A stretch of 64,000 nucleotides of DNA, taken from NCBI GenBank assembly GCA_913050095.1, contig CAJXAV010000001.1, forward strand, positions 564 to 64,563, given 5' to 3'. The stretch is from an uncultured Gammaproteobacteria bacterium (GTDB taxonomy: Bacteria > Pseudomonadota > Gammaproteobacteria > Poriferisulfidales > GCA-002705445). This document shows positions 30,950 to 42,843 of this stretch, piece after piece. Both the position numbers and the translations under genes were made by a program. Every line of letters begins with the position of its first letter. Within the stretch, counting starts at the first letter, position 1. The notes under the pieces were generated by a model. The model made no database searches. It was given only the letters and a program-made list of their open reading frames with translations, and was not told the DNA's origin.

Positions 30950-31999
30950 TTATAAATTTTTTGCAAAATCAATCATTCTGTTTGTAGAAATAAAAGCTTT
31001 TTTTCTTATTTCTTCATCTACTTTAATTTCGTTGTTTTCTTGAACTAAAGTTTCAATTAAATTATCAAGATTATTCATTGCCATCCATGGGCAATGTGCA
31101 CAGCTTATGCATGTAGCACCTTTCCCACCTGTTGGCGCTTCAATAAGAACTTTTTCTGGTGCTGCTTTTTGCATTTTATAAAAAATCCTGTTGTCAGTTG
31201 CGACAATCATTTTTTTATTTGGTAAATCTTTACAAGCTTTGATTAACTGTGAAGTCGATCCTACGACATCAGCAAGTTCAATTACATTTTTAGGTGACTC
31301 AGGATGTACCAGTACTGCAGCATCTTTATTTTCTTTCATTAACTTTAAAAGAGAACTAGCTTTAAATTCTTCATGAACAATACAGCTTGCATTCCATAAT
31401 TTCATATCAGCATTTGTTTTATCTTTTATATAGCTACCTAAATGTTTGTCAGGAGCCCATATAATTTTTATATTTTTTTTATTGAGATGCTCAATTAATT
31501 TTACAGCTATACTGGAAGTAACTACCCAATCAGCCATTGCTTTAACTTCAGCACTTGTGTTTGCATAAACTACTAATTGTCTATCTGGGTACTTTTCTCT
31601 AAATTTATTTAAGTCTGGCGCTGGGCAGTTTAGATCGAGAGAACATTCTGCTTCAAGTGTAGGCATTAAAATCTTTTTTTCGGGATTGAGTATTTTTGCA
31701 GTTTCTCCCATAAAACGAACACCTGCTACAATTAGCATCTTAGAGCTCTGATTTGCCCCAAATTTGGCCATTTCTAGAGAATCAGATACATTGCCACCAG
31801 TTATCTCTGCAACTTCTTGAACATCAGGATGAGTGTAATAGTGAGCAATAATTTTTGCATCTTTTTCCTTTAATAATCTTTCAATTAAGTTTATTTTATC
31901 TTCTTTAGTTTTTGCATCATAAACTGGAGAACTATTCAAAATATCAATAGTTTTTGGAAAAGATTCATTAACAAATTTTACATTATTTAATTTATTCAT
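30950..31999 (-). CDS. nadA: quinolinate synthase A
   Basis: 349 aa; NadA motifs ([10 protein letters not shown]; Cys residues for the Fe-S cluster). Confidence 0.9.
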   Translation of the reverse strand: MNKLNNVKFVNESFPKTIDILNSSPVYDAKTKEDKINLIERLLKEKDAKIIAHYYTHPDVQEVAEITGGNVSDSLEMAKFGANQSSKMLIVAGVRFMGETAKILNPEKKILMPTLEAECSLDLNCPAPDLNKFREKYPDRQLVVYANTSAEVKAMADWVVTSSIAVKLIEHLNKKNIKIIWAPDKHLGSYIKDKTNADMKLWNASCIVHEEFKASSLLKLMKENKDAAVLVHPESPKNVIELADVVGSTSQLIKACKDLPNKKMIVATDNRIFYKMQKAAPEKVLIEAPTGGKGATCISCAHCPWMAMNNLDNLIETLVQENNEIKVDEEIRKKAFISTNRMIDFAKNL

Positions 32000-32414
32000 T
32001 AATTATATGATACTTGATATTATTTTCTTCTAGAGTGCCCAATGTCTTCTTGAGTAATTTTTGACTAGTATATGGTCCTAGCGTAACTTTTGTTATCAAT
32101 GTGCCGTTCATAAAATATTTATCTAAATTTGGCTTTAAGCCTAAAATACTAACCCTAGCCCTAATTTTATCTACTTCATGGTGTTTTGCAAATATTCCTA
32201 ACTGGACAAAATATCTTATTTCACCCGGCTCTTTTTTATTACTATTAAATAATAAGCTATTTTTTAAAGATATTATATTATCTGTAAATATGTATTTTTT
32301 AAAAATTTTATTAAAATGATTTGTCTCTGAAAAAAATATAATATAGAAAATAACTGAAAGAAAAATAAATACGATTACTCTAAACAAAATATTTAATTTG
32401 TTTTTTTTATTCAT
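31992..32414 (-). CDS. SPOR-domain membrane protein (DedD/FtsN-like septal peptidoglycan-binding protein)
   Basis: 140 aa; N-terminal TM anchor and a C-terminal SPOR fold ([14 protein letters not shown]...[10 protein letters not shown]); downstream of argS as in Pseudomonas. Confidence 0.65.
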   Translation of the reverse strand: MNKKNKLNILFRVIVFIFLSVIFYIIFFSETNHFNKIFKKYIFTDNIISLKNSLLFNSNKKEPGEIRYFVQLGIFAKHHEVDKIRARVSILGLKPNLDKYFMNGTLITKVTLGPYTSQKLLKKTLGTLEENNIKYHIINE

Positions 32415-32420
32415 AAAATA

Positions 32421-34133
32421 TTACATTTTTTCCGGCATGCTTATCCCAATAATTTTACTACTGTTTAAGAAGACATATCTGCATGCTTCAATCAAAGAAA
32501 GCCTAGCATTTCTAAGTTCTTCATCTTCAACTAATATTTGTGATTTATTATAGTATGAATGAATTTCCTGAGCTAATTCTTTCATGTAATTTGTTAATAA
32601 GTGTGGCTCATATCTTAATGCTGATTTTTTGATTACTTCGGGGTAATAAGAAAGTTTCTTTACAATATTTAGTTCTTCTTCTTCAGCTAAAAGTTCTAAA
32701 AATTTTTTATTAAACTTAAAATCCATATTATTTTCTTTTGACTGCTTGAAAATACTGCATATTCTCGCATGAGCATATTGAACATAGTAGACCGGATTAT
32801 TGCTATTGTTTGATTTTGCTAATTCAATATCAAAATCCATATGTTGATCTGCTTTTCTTGCAAGATAAAAAAATCTTGTGGCATCTTTACCAACTTCTTT
32901 CAATAATTGTTCTAGTGTGACAAATTCACCTGATCTTGTAGACATTGAAACTTTATCTTTCCCTCTATATAGGTTTGCAAATTGTACTAATAAGATAGTT
33001 AATTTTGATTTTCCTTTTGAAAAAATATTGAAGGCTCCATTTATTCTAGGAATATAACCATGGTGGTCTGCTCCCCAAATATTAATTACATGATCAAATT
33101 TTCTTTTAATTTTATTGTTATGATATGCAATATCAGTTGATAAATATGTATGATCTTTATTTTCTTTTACAAGTACTCGATCTTTTTCATCTCCGAGGTC
33201 CATTGATTTAAACCACAAAGCTTTATCTTTCTCATAAGTAAAATTATTTTTATTTAAATAATTAATTATATCCTTCAAATCATTGTTTGTTACTAATGTT
33301 GATTCTGAGAACCATGAATCAAAATCTACACCTGAAATATTAAGAGTTTTTTTAATATTATCTAAAATAAAATCTACAGAAGTGCTTTTAATTTTTTTAA
33401 ATTTTTCTTGAGATAAATTATTTTTTACATTTAAAATATAAGTATCTAAATCGGAGTTATATAAATTATTTAAATCTTTTATAAAAAATTTAGTGTTATT
33501 ATTTCTATGGACTTCAGCTGCAATATCCCAAACGTAGTCGCCTTTATATAAATCTTCATAGTCTAAATTTATGCTTTCGTCTATCAATTGATGGTATCTT
33601 TGTAAAACAGATAATGTCAAGATATCTATTTGTTTTCCTGCGTCATTTACATAATATTCTTTTGAAACATTGTAGCCACTTTCTTTAAAAAGATTAGATA
33701 AGCAGTCTCCATAAGCGGCTCCTCTTCCATGCCCCACATGAAGTGGACCAGTAGGATTTGCTGAAACAAACTCAATCAATACATTTAAATTAGCTCCTAT
33801 TTCATTTTTACCAAACAAGTTTTTTTCGTTTAGTATTTGCGTAATTACACTAAATTGACTACCTTTTGAAACAAAGAAATTTATAAATCCAGGACCTGCT
33901 ATTTCAACCTTGACAATATTTTCATTTTTTTCAATTCCTTTAATTATTTCTTTTGCTAAATCCTTTGGATTTGTTTTGTATTGATTTGAATATTTCATAG
34001 CTATGTTTGAAGAAAAATCACCAAATTTTTTATCTTTACATAAATTAACTTCAATATTTTCAATTAAAATACTTTTATCCTTATTAATTTTATATAAGGA
34101 TTTTCTAATTAAATCTTTAATGATATTTTTCAC
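32421..34133 (-). CDS. argS: arginine--tRNA ligase
   Basis: 570 aa class I aaRS; HIGH-type motif PTGPLHVGHGRGA. Confidence 0.95.
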   Translation of the reverse strand: MKNIIKDLIRKSLYKINKDKSILIENIEVNLCKDKKFGDFSSNIAMKYSNQYKTNPKDLAKEIIKGIEKNENIVKVEIAGPGFINFFVSKGSQFSVITQILNEKNLFGKNEIGANLNVLIEFVSANPTGPLHVGHGRGAAYGDCLSNLFKESGYNVSKEYYVNDAGKQIDILTLSVLQRYHQLIDESINLDYEDLYKGDYVWDIAAEVHRNNNTKFFIKDLNNLYNSDLDTYILNVKNNLSQEKFKKIKSTSVDFILDNIKKTLNISGVDFDSWFSESTLVTNNDLKDIINYLNKNNFTYEKDKALWFKSMDLGDEKDRVLVKENKDHTYLSTDIAYHNNKIKRKFDHVINIWGADHHGYIPRINGAFNIFSKGKSKLTILLVQFANLYRGKDKVSMSTRSGEFVTLEQLLKEVGKDATRFFYLARKADQHMDFDIELAKSNNSNNPVYYVQYAHARICSIFKQSKENNMDFKFNKKFLELLAEEEELNIVKKLSYYPEVIKKSALRYEPHLLTNYMKELAQEIHSYYNKSQILVEDEELRNARLSLIEACRYVFLNSSKIIGISMPEKM

Positions 34134-34141
34134 AAAATTAC

Positions 34142-36130
34142 TCAGTCATAGTCAATTGGATCTATGTCAATAGTCCATCTAATTTTATTTGAATAGGGTA
34201 TATCCTTTATTGAAGGAATACAATCTCTGATGACATAATTTAATTTAGTTTTATTTTTTGCTTGTATAACTAAATTTAAATTATATAAATCTGATTTTTT
34301 CTGCATAGTTGAAGGCATTGGTCCAAATATTTCTATTTCTTTGTTTTTTTCAATGATTTTTTTTATATTTTCTAAGAATTTTTCAGCATCAATATATTTT
34401 TTTGCTTTGGCATGAACAATTCCCCAGCTTCTATGTGGTGGAAGTCTTAAATTATCTCTTAAAGACAATAGATTTATCATCCATTTTTCATAACCATATT
34501 TTATTAAGCAATTTAGGTCTTCGTTTTCTGGGAAAGAAGTTTGAAGGATCACTTCACCTTTTTTACTTCCCCTGCCAGACCTTCCCGCCACTTGAATAAG
34601 TTGTTGGGCAAGTTGTTCAATAGCTTTTAATCTAGGACTAAATAAGCTTTGGTCAATATTCATAATTACTACAAGAGTAATATCTGGAAAATTGTGCCCC
34701 TTAGACAGCATTTGTGTTCCTATTAAAATATCATATTTATTATTTTTTATGTCATTAAAAATTTTCTCTGTTTGACCTTTTTTTCTTGTATTGTCAGAGT
34801 CAATTCTAATAACACTAGATCTATAAAATTGTTTTTTTATTAGTTCTTCAATTTTTTCTGTGCCTTCACCGATATAAGCTATGTCGTTTGAATTACATTT
34901 CAAACATGAGTTATTAAATTTTGTTGCTCGTCCACAATGGTGGCACATTAGTAAATTTTTATTTTTATGGAATGTCATATTTAAGTTACATTCATTACAT
35001 TGTGGAACCCAACTACACTCTCTACATGTTATTAAAGGAGAGTAACCTCTTCTATTTAGAAATATTAAAGTTTGTTCATTATTTTCTAGTCTATTATTTA
35101 TAGAGGAAATTACTTCGTCGGCTAGAACTATATTTTTTTTTCTATTAGACATATTTATCACTTTTAAATCTGGCAGAGATTGGTTATTAATTCTATTTCT
35201 CATTTTTATATGAGTATATTTTTGTTTAATTGTGTTTAGCATAGTTTCAGAAGAGGGAGTCGCACTACCTAAAATTATTGGAATATTTTTATTCTTTGCT
35301 CGGTAAATAGCAATATCTCTAGCATTATATCTAGCTTCAGAATTATTTTTAAAGGAAGGGTCATGTTCTTCATCTACAATTATCAAACCTAAATTTGGAA
35401 TTTTTAGAAATACCGAAGACCTTGTCCCGATTATGACATCGGTTTTACAATTTTGTATTAAAGTCCAATTCGTAAATTTTTTCTTTGGCGTTAATGACGA
35501 ATGATATTCTACGACTCTAATATTACTAATTCTGAAATATTCAATAAGTTCCGGAATAAGATTTTTCTCTGGAACAATAATTAATGTTTGCAATTTTTTT
35601 TTATAAATTTGTTCTTGAATATTTTTATAGACCTCAGTTTTACCACTTCCTGTAATTCCATCCAGAAGAAAACACTCGTAACTATTTAAAGATTGGCTTA
35701 TTGTTTTTATTGCATTTGATTGTTCTGCTGTTGGTATAATTTTATGTTTTATTTTAGTTTGTTTGATATCAATTTTATCCTCAATTTCTATTGGTAAATT
35801 ATTTCCTTGCCTAAATAAAGAAGGTAATCCAATACTAAGTACTTGCCCTATTGGCGCGTGATAATACATTGAAACCCAACTAAACAAATTTAAAGTTTCT
35901 AAATCAAGAAGTGGCTTTGTATCTATAATTTTGATGATTTTTTTTAATTTATAATCAAAAGAACTATTTTTTTCAGTTATCTGCATAACAAATCCATGAA
36001 TCTCTTTTTTACCAAACTCAATACAAACTCTACAACCCGGCTTCAATAAACCCATATTTTCAGGTATTTCATAATCAAAAAGATTATGAAGAGGCTTTGT
36101 AATGGCTATTTTGGCAATATTTTTATTCAT
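34142..36130 (-). CDS. priA: primosomal protein N' (replication restart helicase PriA)
   Basis: 662 aa; Walker A GITGSGKTEVY, DEEH box and a C-terminal Cys-rich zinc-binding region. Confidence 0.9.
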   Translation of the reverse strand: MNKNIAKIAITKPLHNLFDYEIPENMGLLKPGCRVCIEFGKKEIHGFVMQITEKNSSFDYKLKKIIKIIDTKPLLDLETLNLFSWVSMYYHAPIGQVLSIGLPSLFRQGNNLPIEIEDKIDIKQTKIKHKIIPTAEQSNAIKTISQSLNSYECFLLDGITGSGKTEVYKNIQEQIYKKKLQTLIIVPEKNLIPELIEYFRISNIRVVEYHSSLTPKKKFTNWTLIQNCKTDVIIGTRSSVFLKIPNLGLIIVDEEHDPSFKNNSEARYNARDIAIYRAKNKNIPIILGSATPSSETMLNTIKQKYTHIKMRNRINNQSLPDLKVINMSNRKKNIVLADEVISSINNRLENNEQTLIFLNRRGYSPLITCRECSWVPQCNECNLNMTFHKNKNLLMCHHCGRATKFNNSCLKCNSNDIAYIGEGTEKIEELIKKQFYRSSVIRIDSDNTRKKGQTEKIFNDIKNNKYDILIGTQMLSKGHNFPDITLVVIMNIDQSLFSPRLKAIEQLAQQLIQVAGRSGRGSKKGEVILQTSFPENEDLNCLIKYGYEKWMINLLSLRDNLRLPPHRSWGIVHAKAKKYIDAEKFLENIKKIIEKNKEIEIFGPMPSTMQKKSDLYNLNLVIQAKNKTKLNYVIRDCIPSIKDIPYSNKIRWTIDIDPIDYD

Positions 36131-36246
36131 TTAGTAAAAAAATTATTTATCTTTGTATTATTATTTTGTAATGTTAATGTTATATTTTAGTAAAAATTAT
36201 AATTAATATTATTTTACACCTTTAAATATAAGGGGTCATAATTAAG

Positions 36247-36825
36247 TTGGATAATCTAAATCAACAAATATTAAGAACAGACGTTTCTGGCATGCCAATA
36301 GAATGGGTTACATATCAGAATGCAGTCAGATTACATTTTAATGATCAAATAGCTTATACTTGTGGAAGTAATATTATGACAATTCATGGTGGTATTAATG
36401 CCGCATCAAATATAAGAAGTAAAGTTACTGTAAATTCTATAATAGCAACATATGGAAGTAATAAAAAAAACGTAGACGAATGCTCGCCACCGTTAAATAA
36501 TCGAACGCTTTTTAAAAGAGATAATCATCTATGTTTATATTGTGGCAACAAGTTTGATACAGATAAACTTTCAAGGGATCATGTGACACCACTATTCCAA
36601 GGCGGAAGAGACCTATGGGCAAATGTAGTTTCAGCTTGTAAGAGATGCAATAACGCAAAAGCTGGAAGAACACCAGAACAGGCAAATATGGAATTACTTG
36701 CAATACCTTTTGTTCCAACCCATGCGGAGTATATATTTCTTCAGGGAAAAGTTATCTTATTTGATCAAATGGAATTTTTGAAACAACATTTCCCCAGAAC
36801 AAGTCCTTTACGTAATAGGTTATAA
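36247..36825 (+). CDS. HNH endonuclease with an uncharacterised ~100-aa N-terminal domain
   Basis: 192 aa. The C-terminal HNH motif (CLYCG...DHVTPLFQGG...N...CKRCNNAKAGRTPEQA) is unambiguous. The ORF-track start is TTG; an internal ATG at 36292 is an alternative start. Confidence 0.75.
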   Translation: MDNLNQQILRTDVSGMPIEWVTYQNAVRLHFNDQIAYTCGSNIMTIHGGINAASNIRSKVTVNSIIATYGSNKKNVDECSPPLNNRTLFKRDNHLCLYCGNKFDTDKLSRDHVTPLFQGGRDLWANVVSACKRCNNAKAGRTPEQANMELLAIPFVPTHAEYIFLQGKVILFDQMEFLKQHFPRTSPLRNRL

Positions 36826-36884
36826 GACAATATATATATTGTTACTAAAAACTTTTCTTTTGTTTATAATATAAATTCAAAACT

Positions 36885-37982
36885 ATGAAATATAAATCTT
36901 ACGAAAATTACAAGCATGGCGACGAGAGAAAAATTGGTGTTCTCTTAATTAACTTAGGGACGCCTGATGAACCTACAACTTCCTCAGTTAGAAGGTATTT
37001 GTCGGAATTTTTATCTGATCCTAGGATTGTTGAAATTCCAAAAATTATCTGGTGGTTAATATTAAATTTAATAATACTAAACATACGACCAAAAAAAAGC
37101 AGGGATTTATACCGAAAGATTTGGTTAAAAGAAGGCTCTCCTTTGTTAGTTATATCAAAGAATATAGTAAATAAATTAAAAAAACCTGAATATTCGTTTA
37201 GTCAAAATTCTATTGTTATAGATTTAGCAATGAGGTATGGAAATCCGTCTATTAAAAAAGCACTTGAAAGCTTTAAAAATGAGAATATTAATAGATTAGT
37301 AATAATACCAATGTTTCCCCAGTATTCGGCTGCAACCACGGCATCAATTTTTGATAAAATCTCATTAGAATTACGTAGCTGGCGAAACATTCCAGATATA
37401 AGATTTTTATCTTCATATCATGATAACGCACACTACATAAACGCATGTGCGCAAAAAATTAAAAGTTCTTGGGAAAAAAAAGAAAAAGCAAAAAAATTAG
37501 TTTTTTCATTTCATGGCTTACCACAAATAAATTTGCACAAAGGTGACCCATATCATTGTTATTGCCATAAAACAGCGAGGTTAATCGCAAAAGATTTAAA
37601 TATAGACGAAAAAGATTATATCGTTACATTTCAATCACGATTCGGAGCACAAGTTTGGTTGCAGCCATACACAGATGAAGTGTTAGAAAAATTGGCAAGT
37701 GATGGCATTGATAGTGTAGACATATTTTGCCCAGGTTTCCTGTGTGATTGTTTAGAAACACTTGAAGAAATTAATATGCAGAGTAAGGAAAATTTTCTTG
37801 CAAAAGGCGGAAAATCATTTAATTACATAACTGCTTTGAATGACGAAAAAAATAGTACAGATGCTTTAGCAAATATAATATCAAATGAAGTTTTGGGTTG
37901 GGATAATACAATTCTTAATCTTAAAGAAAATCTTGAGATAACTAAGAACTTATATAATTCCCATAAATATAATAAAAAATAA
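36885..37982 (+). CDS. hemH: ferrochelatase
   Basis: 365 aa; HemH N-terminus (LINLGTPDEPT...RRYL) and overall similarity. Confidence 0.9.
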   Translation: MKYKSYENYKHGDERKIGVLLINLGTPDEPTTSSVRRYLSEFLSDPRIVEIPKIIWWLILNLIILNIRPKKSRDLYRKIWLKEGSPLLVISKNIVNKLKKPEYSFSQNSIVIDLAMRYGNPSIKKALESFKNENINRLVIIPMFPQYSAATTASIFDKISLELRSWRNIPDIRFLSSYHDNAHYINACAQKIKSSWEKKEKAKKLVFSFHGLPQINLHKGDPYHCYCHKTARLIAKDLNIDEKDYIVTFQSRFGAQVWLQPYTDEVLEKLASDGIDSVDIFCPGFLCDCLETLEEINMQSKENFLAKGGKSFNYITALNDEKNSTDALANIISNEVLGWDNTILNLKENLEITKNLYNSHKYNKK

Positions 37983-38398
37983 TGAAAATAATATTTACGA
38001 TAATTTTTCTTCCAATTATAGAAATTTACTTGTTTGTAAAAATAGGAACAGAAATAGGTCCTACTTCAACAATAATTTTTACACTTTTAACTGCAATATT
38101 AGGAGTTGCAACCATTAGATATCAGGGCCTTGCATCTTTCGTGCAAGCTAGGCAATCAATGCTAAATGCAAACCATCCAGGAATTGAGATTTTGAGCAAC
38201 TTAATGCTTTTTATTAGTGGGATTTTTTTACTAATTCCAGGTTTTTTTACTGATTTTATTGGTATTTTAATACTTTTACCCCCTACGCGTATAATTCTAG
38301 TAAATTTATTAATAAAAAAAGCTTTTTCAGGATTAAAAAGCAGAACACATCATGCTTCAAAAAATAAAGATTATATTGATATAGATCCTGATAATTAA
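37982..38398 (+). CDS. fxsA: FxsA family membrane protein
   Basis: 138 aa; FxsA signature (PGFFTDFIGILLLLPPTR); located upstream of groESL as in E. coli. Confidence 0.8.
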   Translation: MKIIFTIIFLPIIEIYLFVKIGTEIGPTSTIIFTLLTAILGVATIRYQGLASFVQARQSMLNANHPGIEILSNLMLFISGIFLLIPGFFTDFIGILILLPPTRIILVNLLIKKAFSGLKSRTHHASKNKDYIDIDPDN

Positions 38399-38401
38399 AT
38401 C

Positions 38402-38429
38402 TTGACTTTTCCCTTATGATCAATAAAAT
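38402..38429 (+). promoter_or_regulatory. putative sigma-70 promoter of groESL
   Basis: TTGACT-N16-TAAAAT immediately upstream of and abutting the CIRCE operator. Confidence 0.45.
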
Positions 38430-38455
38430 TAGCAGTCTCCTAAAGAGAGTGCTAA
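38429..38455 (+). promoter_or_regulatory. CIRCE inverted repeat (HrcA operator) upstream of groES
   Basis: TTAGCAGTC-N9-GAGTGCTAA versus the consensus TTAGCACTC-N9-GAGTGCTAA (one mismatch), 33 nt upstream of the groES ATG. Confidence 0.65.
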
Positions 38456-38487
38456 AAATTGATTAAAATATACCGGGAGTTAATAGT

Positions 38488-38775
38488 ATGAAAATTAGAC
38501 CTTTGCATGACAGAGTAGTCATAAAAAGAATGGAAGAAGAAAAATCTTCGCCAGGCGGCATAATTATTCCTGATAGCGCAACCGAAAAACCTATCAAAGG
38601 TGAAGTTGTTGCCGTTGGTAACGGAAAAATTCAGGAAAATGGAAATGTTCAGCCGCTAGATGTGAAAGTTGGGGACATCGTTTTATTTGGTAAATATTCT
38701 GGAACAGAAGTTAAAGTAGATTCTGATGAATTAGTCGTAATGAAAGAAGATGACATTATGGCGGTTATAGATTAA
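38488..38775 (+). CDS. groES: co-chaperonin GroES
   Basis: 95 aa; canonical GroES sequence. Confidence 0.95.
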   Translation: MKIRPLHDRVVIKRMEEEKSSPGGIIIPDSATEKPIKGEVVAVGNGKIQENGNVQPLDVKVGDIVLFGKYSGTEVKVDSDELVVMKEDDIMAVID

Positions 38776-38808
38776 AAATTTTTTAAATTAAATAACATTG
38801 AAAGGTGA

Positions 38809-40488
<1,680 letters not shown>

Positions 40489-40512
40489 GCGTAAATGCTC
40501 AAAAAATATAAA

Positions 40513-40540
40513 AAGTCCTGCAAGTCAGGGCTTTTTTTTT
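40513..40540 (+). terminator. rho-independent terminator of groESL
   Basis: AAGTCCTG-caagt-CAGGGCTT hairpin followed by T9. Confidence 0.75.
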
Positions 40541-40553
40541 GCATAATGTACTT

Positions 40554-41096
40554 ATGAACATAGAAAACCATTTATTAGAAAACGTTAAATTTTTGAATTC
40601 TGAAAATTTTGATAACAGACCGGATAATATAAATATATCTTTGATAGTGATTCACAGCATTAGTCTCCCACCAACAATTTTTGGCAATAATTTCGTAGAA
40701 GACTTTTTTCAAAATAAATTAAAAAAAACTGATGATGAATATTTAAATAAAATTAGAAAAATGAAAGTTTCATCTCATCTTTATATAAAAAGGACTGGCG
40801 AAATTATACAATTTGTACCTTTCAATAAGAGAGCATGGCATGCAGGAAAGTCATCGTACGAAAATATTGATAATTGTAATGATTATTCTATTGGAATTGA
40901 ATTGGAAGGCTGCGAGGATATCTCTTATGAAGAGTTACAATACAAAAACTTATCTATAATTATAAAAAGTTTAATGAAAAAATATAAATACATAAATGAA
41001 GATAGGATAGTATCGCATTCTGATATAGCGCCTGGACGTAAATTAGATCCTGGCCCATTATTTGACTGGAAAAGACTTAAAACCATGATAAAATAA
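40554..41096 (+). CDS. ampD: 1,6-anhydro-N-acetylmuramyl-L-alanine amidase AmpD
   Basis: Amidase_2 motifs (VIHSISLPP, KRAWHAG, IGIELEG). Start placed at the ATG at 40554; the ORF-track start at 40539 is a TTG inside the groEL terminator T-run. Confidence 0.8.
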   Translation: MNIENHLLENVKFLNSENFDNRPDNINISLIVIHSISLPPTIFGNNFVEDFFQNKLKKTDDEYLNKIRKMKVSSHLYIKRTGEIIQFVPFNKRAWHAGKSSYENIDNCNDYSIGIELEGCEDISYEELQYKNLSIIIKSLMKKYKYINEDRIVSHSDIAPGRKLDPGPLFDWKRLKTMIK

Positions 41097-41122
41097 CTAT
41101 AATTATTTAAAGGAGTATTGAT

Positions 41123-41218
41123 ATGACAGGTTGGGCTTGGATTACAATAGGTGCGGTGGTACTAGCAGTTGTGATAATGCAAATTGCTGCCAGATTTGCG
41201 GATTACGACGAAAAATAA
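41123..41218 (+). CDS. small hydrophobic peptide (31 aa, single predicted TM helix), unknown function
   Basis: MTGWAWITIGAVVLAVVIMQIAARFADYDEK is preceded by a strong Shine-Dalgarno (AAAGGAG, 7 nt before the ATG); it lies in the 180-bp ampD-gshA gap and is below the ORF-track size cutoff. Confidence 0.4.
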   Translation: MTGWAWITIGAVVLAVVIMQIAARFADYDEK

Positions 41219-41277
41219 AATAAAATTTTAAAGTAAGTAGACTTTTAACTTTCCTCTCTGAAATTTAGGTAAAAAAA

Positions 41278-42843
41278 ATGATTGATAAGTTTTTAGCAAA
41301 TTTATCCAAGCATTCTTGTTCGTTATTTTTAGCAAACTCGAAAATTGGTTTAGAAAAGGAATCACTTAGGGTAGACAAGAATGGGACAATTTCATATAAG
41401 ATGCATCCAGATATTTTTGGTTCGTCTTTAACAAATAAGTATATAACGACAGATTACTCTGAGGCATTAATAGAAATTGTAACACCACCATGTAACTCTC
41501 ACAATGAGGCTATAGAATACCTAGAAAACATAATTGCTTTTATATACAAAAATTTAGATGATGAATATTTATGGCCAGCAAGTATGCCATGTATAATAGC
41601 TGGTGATAAAAGTATACCGATCGCATATTATGGAACATCAAATTCTGCAAGGATGAAAACAACCTATCGAAGAGGTTTAGGAAATAGATATGGCAGGATA
41701 ATGCAGGTTATTTCAGGTATTCATTTTAATTACTCATTCTCAGATGCTTTTTGGAAAGAATACTCTAATTTCAAGAAAACAAAAAAAAATTTAAAAGATT
41801 TTAAGTCAGAACAATATTTTATAATATCAAGAAATTTATTAAGAAACGGATGGGTAATAGCATATCTATTTGGATGTTCTCCAGCAGTTTGTAAATCTTA
41901 TTTATCTGGCAAGAGTACAACTTTAAAGTCTTTTGATGACTATACATATTATGAAAAAAACGCAACTTCTTTAAGAATGGGAGATATTGGGTATCAAAAC
42001 AATAAAGAAGAAGATATGGGTGTACATATTGATTATAATTCAATTGAAAAGTATTCAAAAAGTCTTGACGATGCTATAAAAAGTCCGTGCAAGGAATATA
42101 AAAAAATCGGGGTTTACAAAGATGGATATTATAAACAAATAAACGAAAACATCTTACAAATAGAAAACGAATATTATAGTACAGTTAGACCAAAACCAGA
42201 CCCAAATTTAAAAATGAGACCATCAAAGGCACTTCTAGAAAGTGGAGTAGACTATATTGAATTAAGGTCAATTGATAATAATATATTTTGTAATACTGGA
42301 ATTGAAAAAAATCAGATGTATTTTATAGAATTACTTATAATGCACAGCCTTTTTAGCAGCGAAGAAAATATATCAAAAGAAGAATACAAAGAGATTAAAA
42401 ATAATTTAACCACGGTTGCTCATAACGGAAGAGATAAGAATTTTACATTAGCAAAGCATGGTAAAAATATTCCGCTGAAATCAGAATTAAGTAAAATTCT
42501 AAAAGAGCTAGAAAGTATTGCAATTATGATGAAAGGAATGAAGAATGATGATGTATACATGCAAAGTATAGAGGATCAAAAACAAAAAATAGAAAAAAAT
42601 GAAAAATTACCCTCAAATTTAGTTTTAGATAAAATGATAAAAAATGGATATAGTTTTTATGAGTTTTGTATGGAGAATATATGGAAACAACAAAAATATT
42701 TTTCTAACTTAAGAGCTAATAATCATATTTTAAAATTATTAATTAGAGAGTCTGAATTATCAAATATTAAGAAAAAGGAATTAGAAAAAAAGGAAAATGA
42801 GAAATATGAAGATTACGTTAAAAATTATTTTTTAGATATATGA
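41278..42843 (+). CDS. gshA: glutamate--cysteine ligase (type 1 GshA)
   Basis: 521 aa; E. coli-type GshA N-terminal region and conserved blocks. Confidence 0.9.
   Translation: MIDKFLANLSKHSCSLFLANSKIGLEKESLRVDKNGTISYKMHPDIFGSSLTNKYITTDYSEALIEIVTPPCNSHNEAIEYLENIIAFIYKNLDDEYLWPASMPCIIAGDKSIPIAYYGTSNSARMKTTYRRGLGNRYGRIMQVISGIHFNYSFSDAFWKEYSNFKKTKKNLKDFKSEQYFIISRNLLRNGWVIAYLFGCSPAVCKSYLSGKSTTLKSFDDYTYYEKNATSLRMGDIGYQNNKEEDMGVHIDYNSIEKYSKSLDDAIKSPCKEYKKIGVYKDGYYKQINENILQIENEYYSTVRPKPDPNLKMRPSKALLESGVDYIELRSIDNNIFCNTGIEKNQMYFIELLIMHSLFSSEENISKEEYKEIKNNLTTVAHNGRDKNFTLAKHGKNIPLKSELSKILKELESIAIMMKGMKNDDVYMQSIEDQKQKIEKNEKLPSNLVLDKMIKNGYSFYEFCMENIWKQQKYFSNLRANNHILKLLIRESELSNIKKKELEKKENEKYEDYVKNYFLDI

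Noticed and set aside
30799-30987. 62-aa ORF spanning the amtB 3' end, its terminator and the nadA 3' end
   Set aside because: It overlaps two real genes and a strong intrinsic terminator hairpin; translation is implausible
40539-40553. TTG start for ampD proposed by the ORF track
   Set aside because: That TTG lies inside the T-run of the groEL terminator. The ATG at 40554 gives an AmpD of the expected length (about 180 aa) and is preferred
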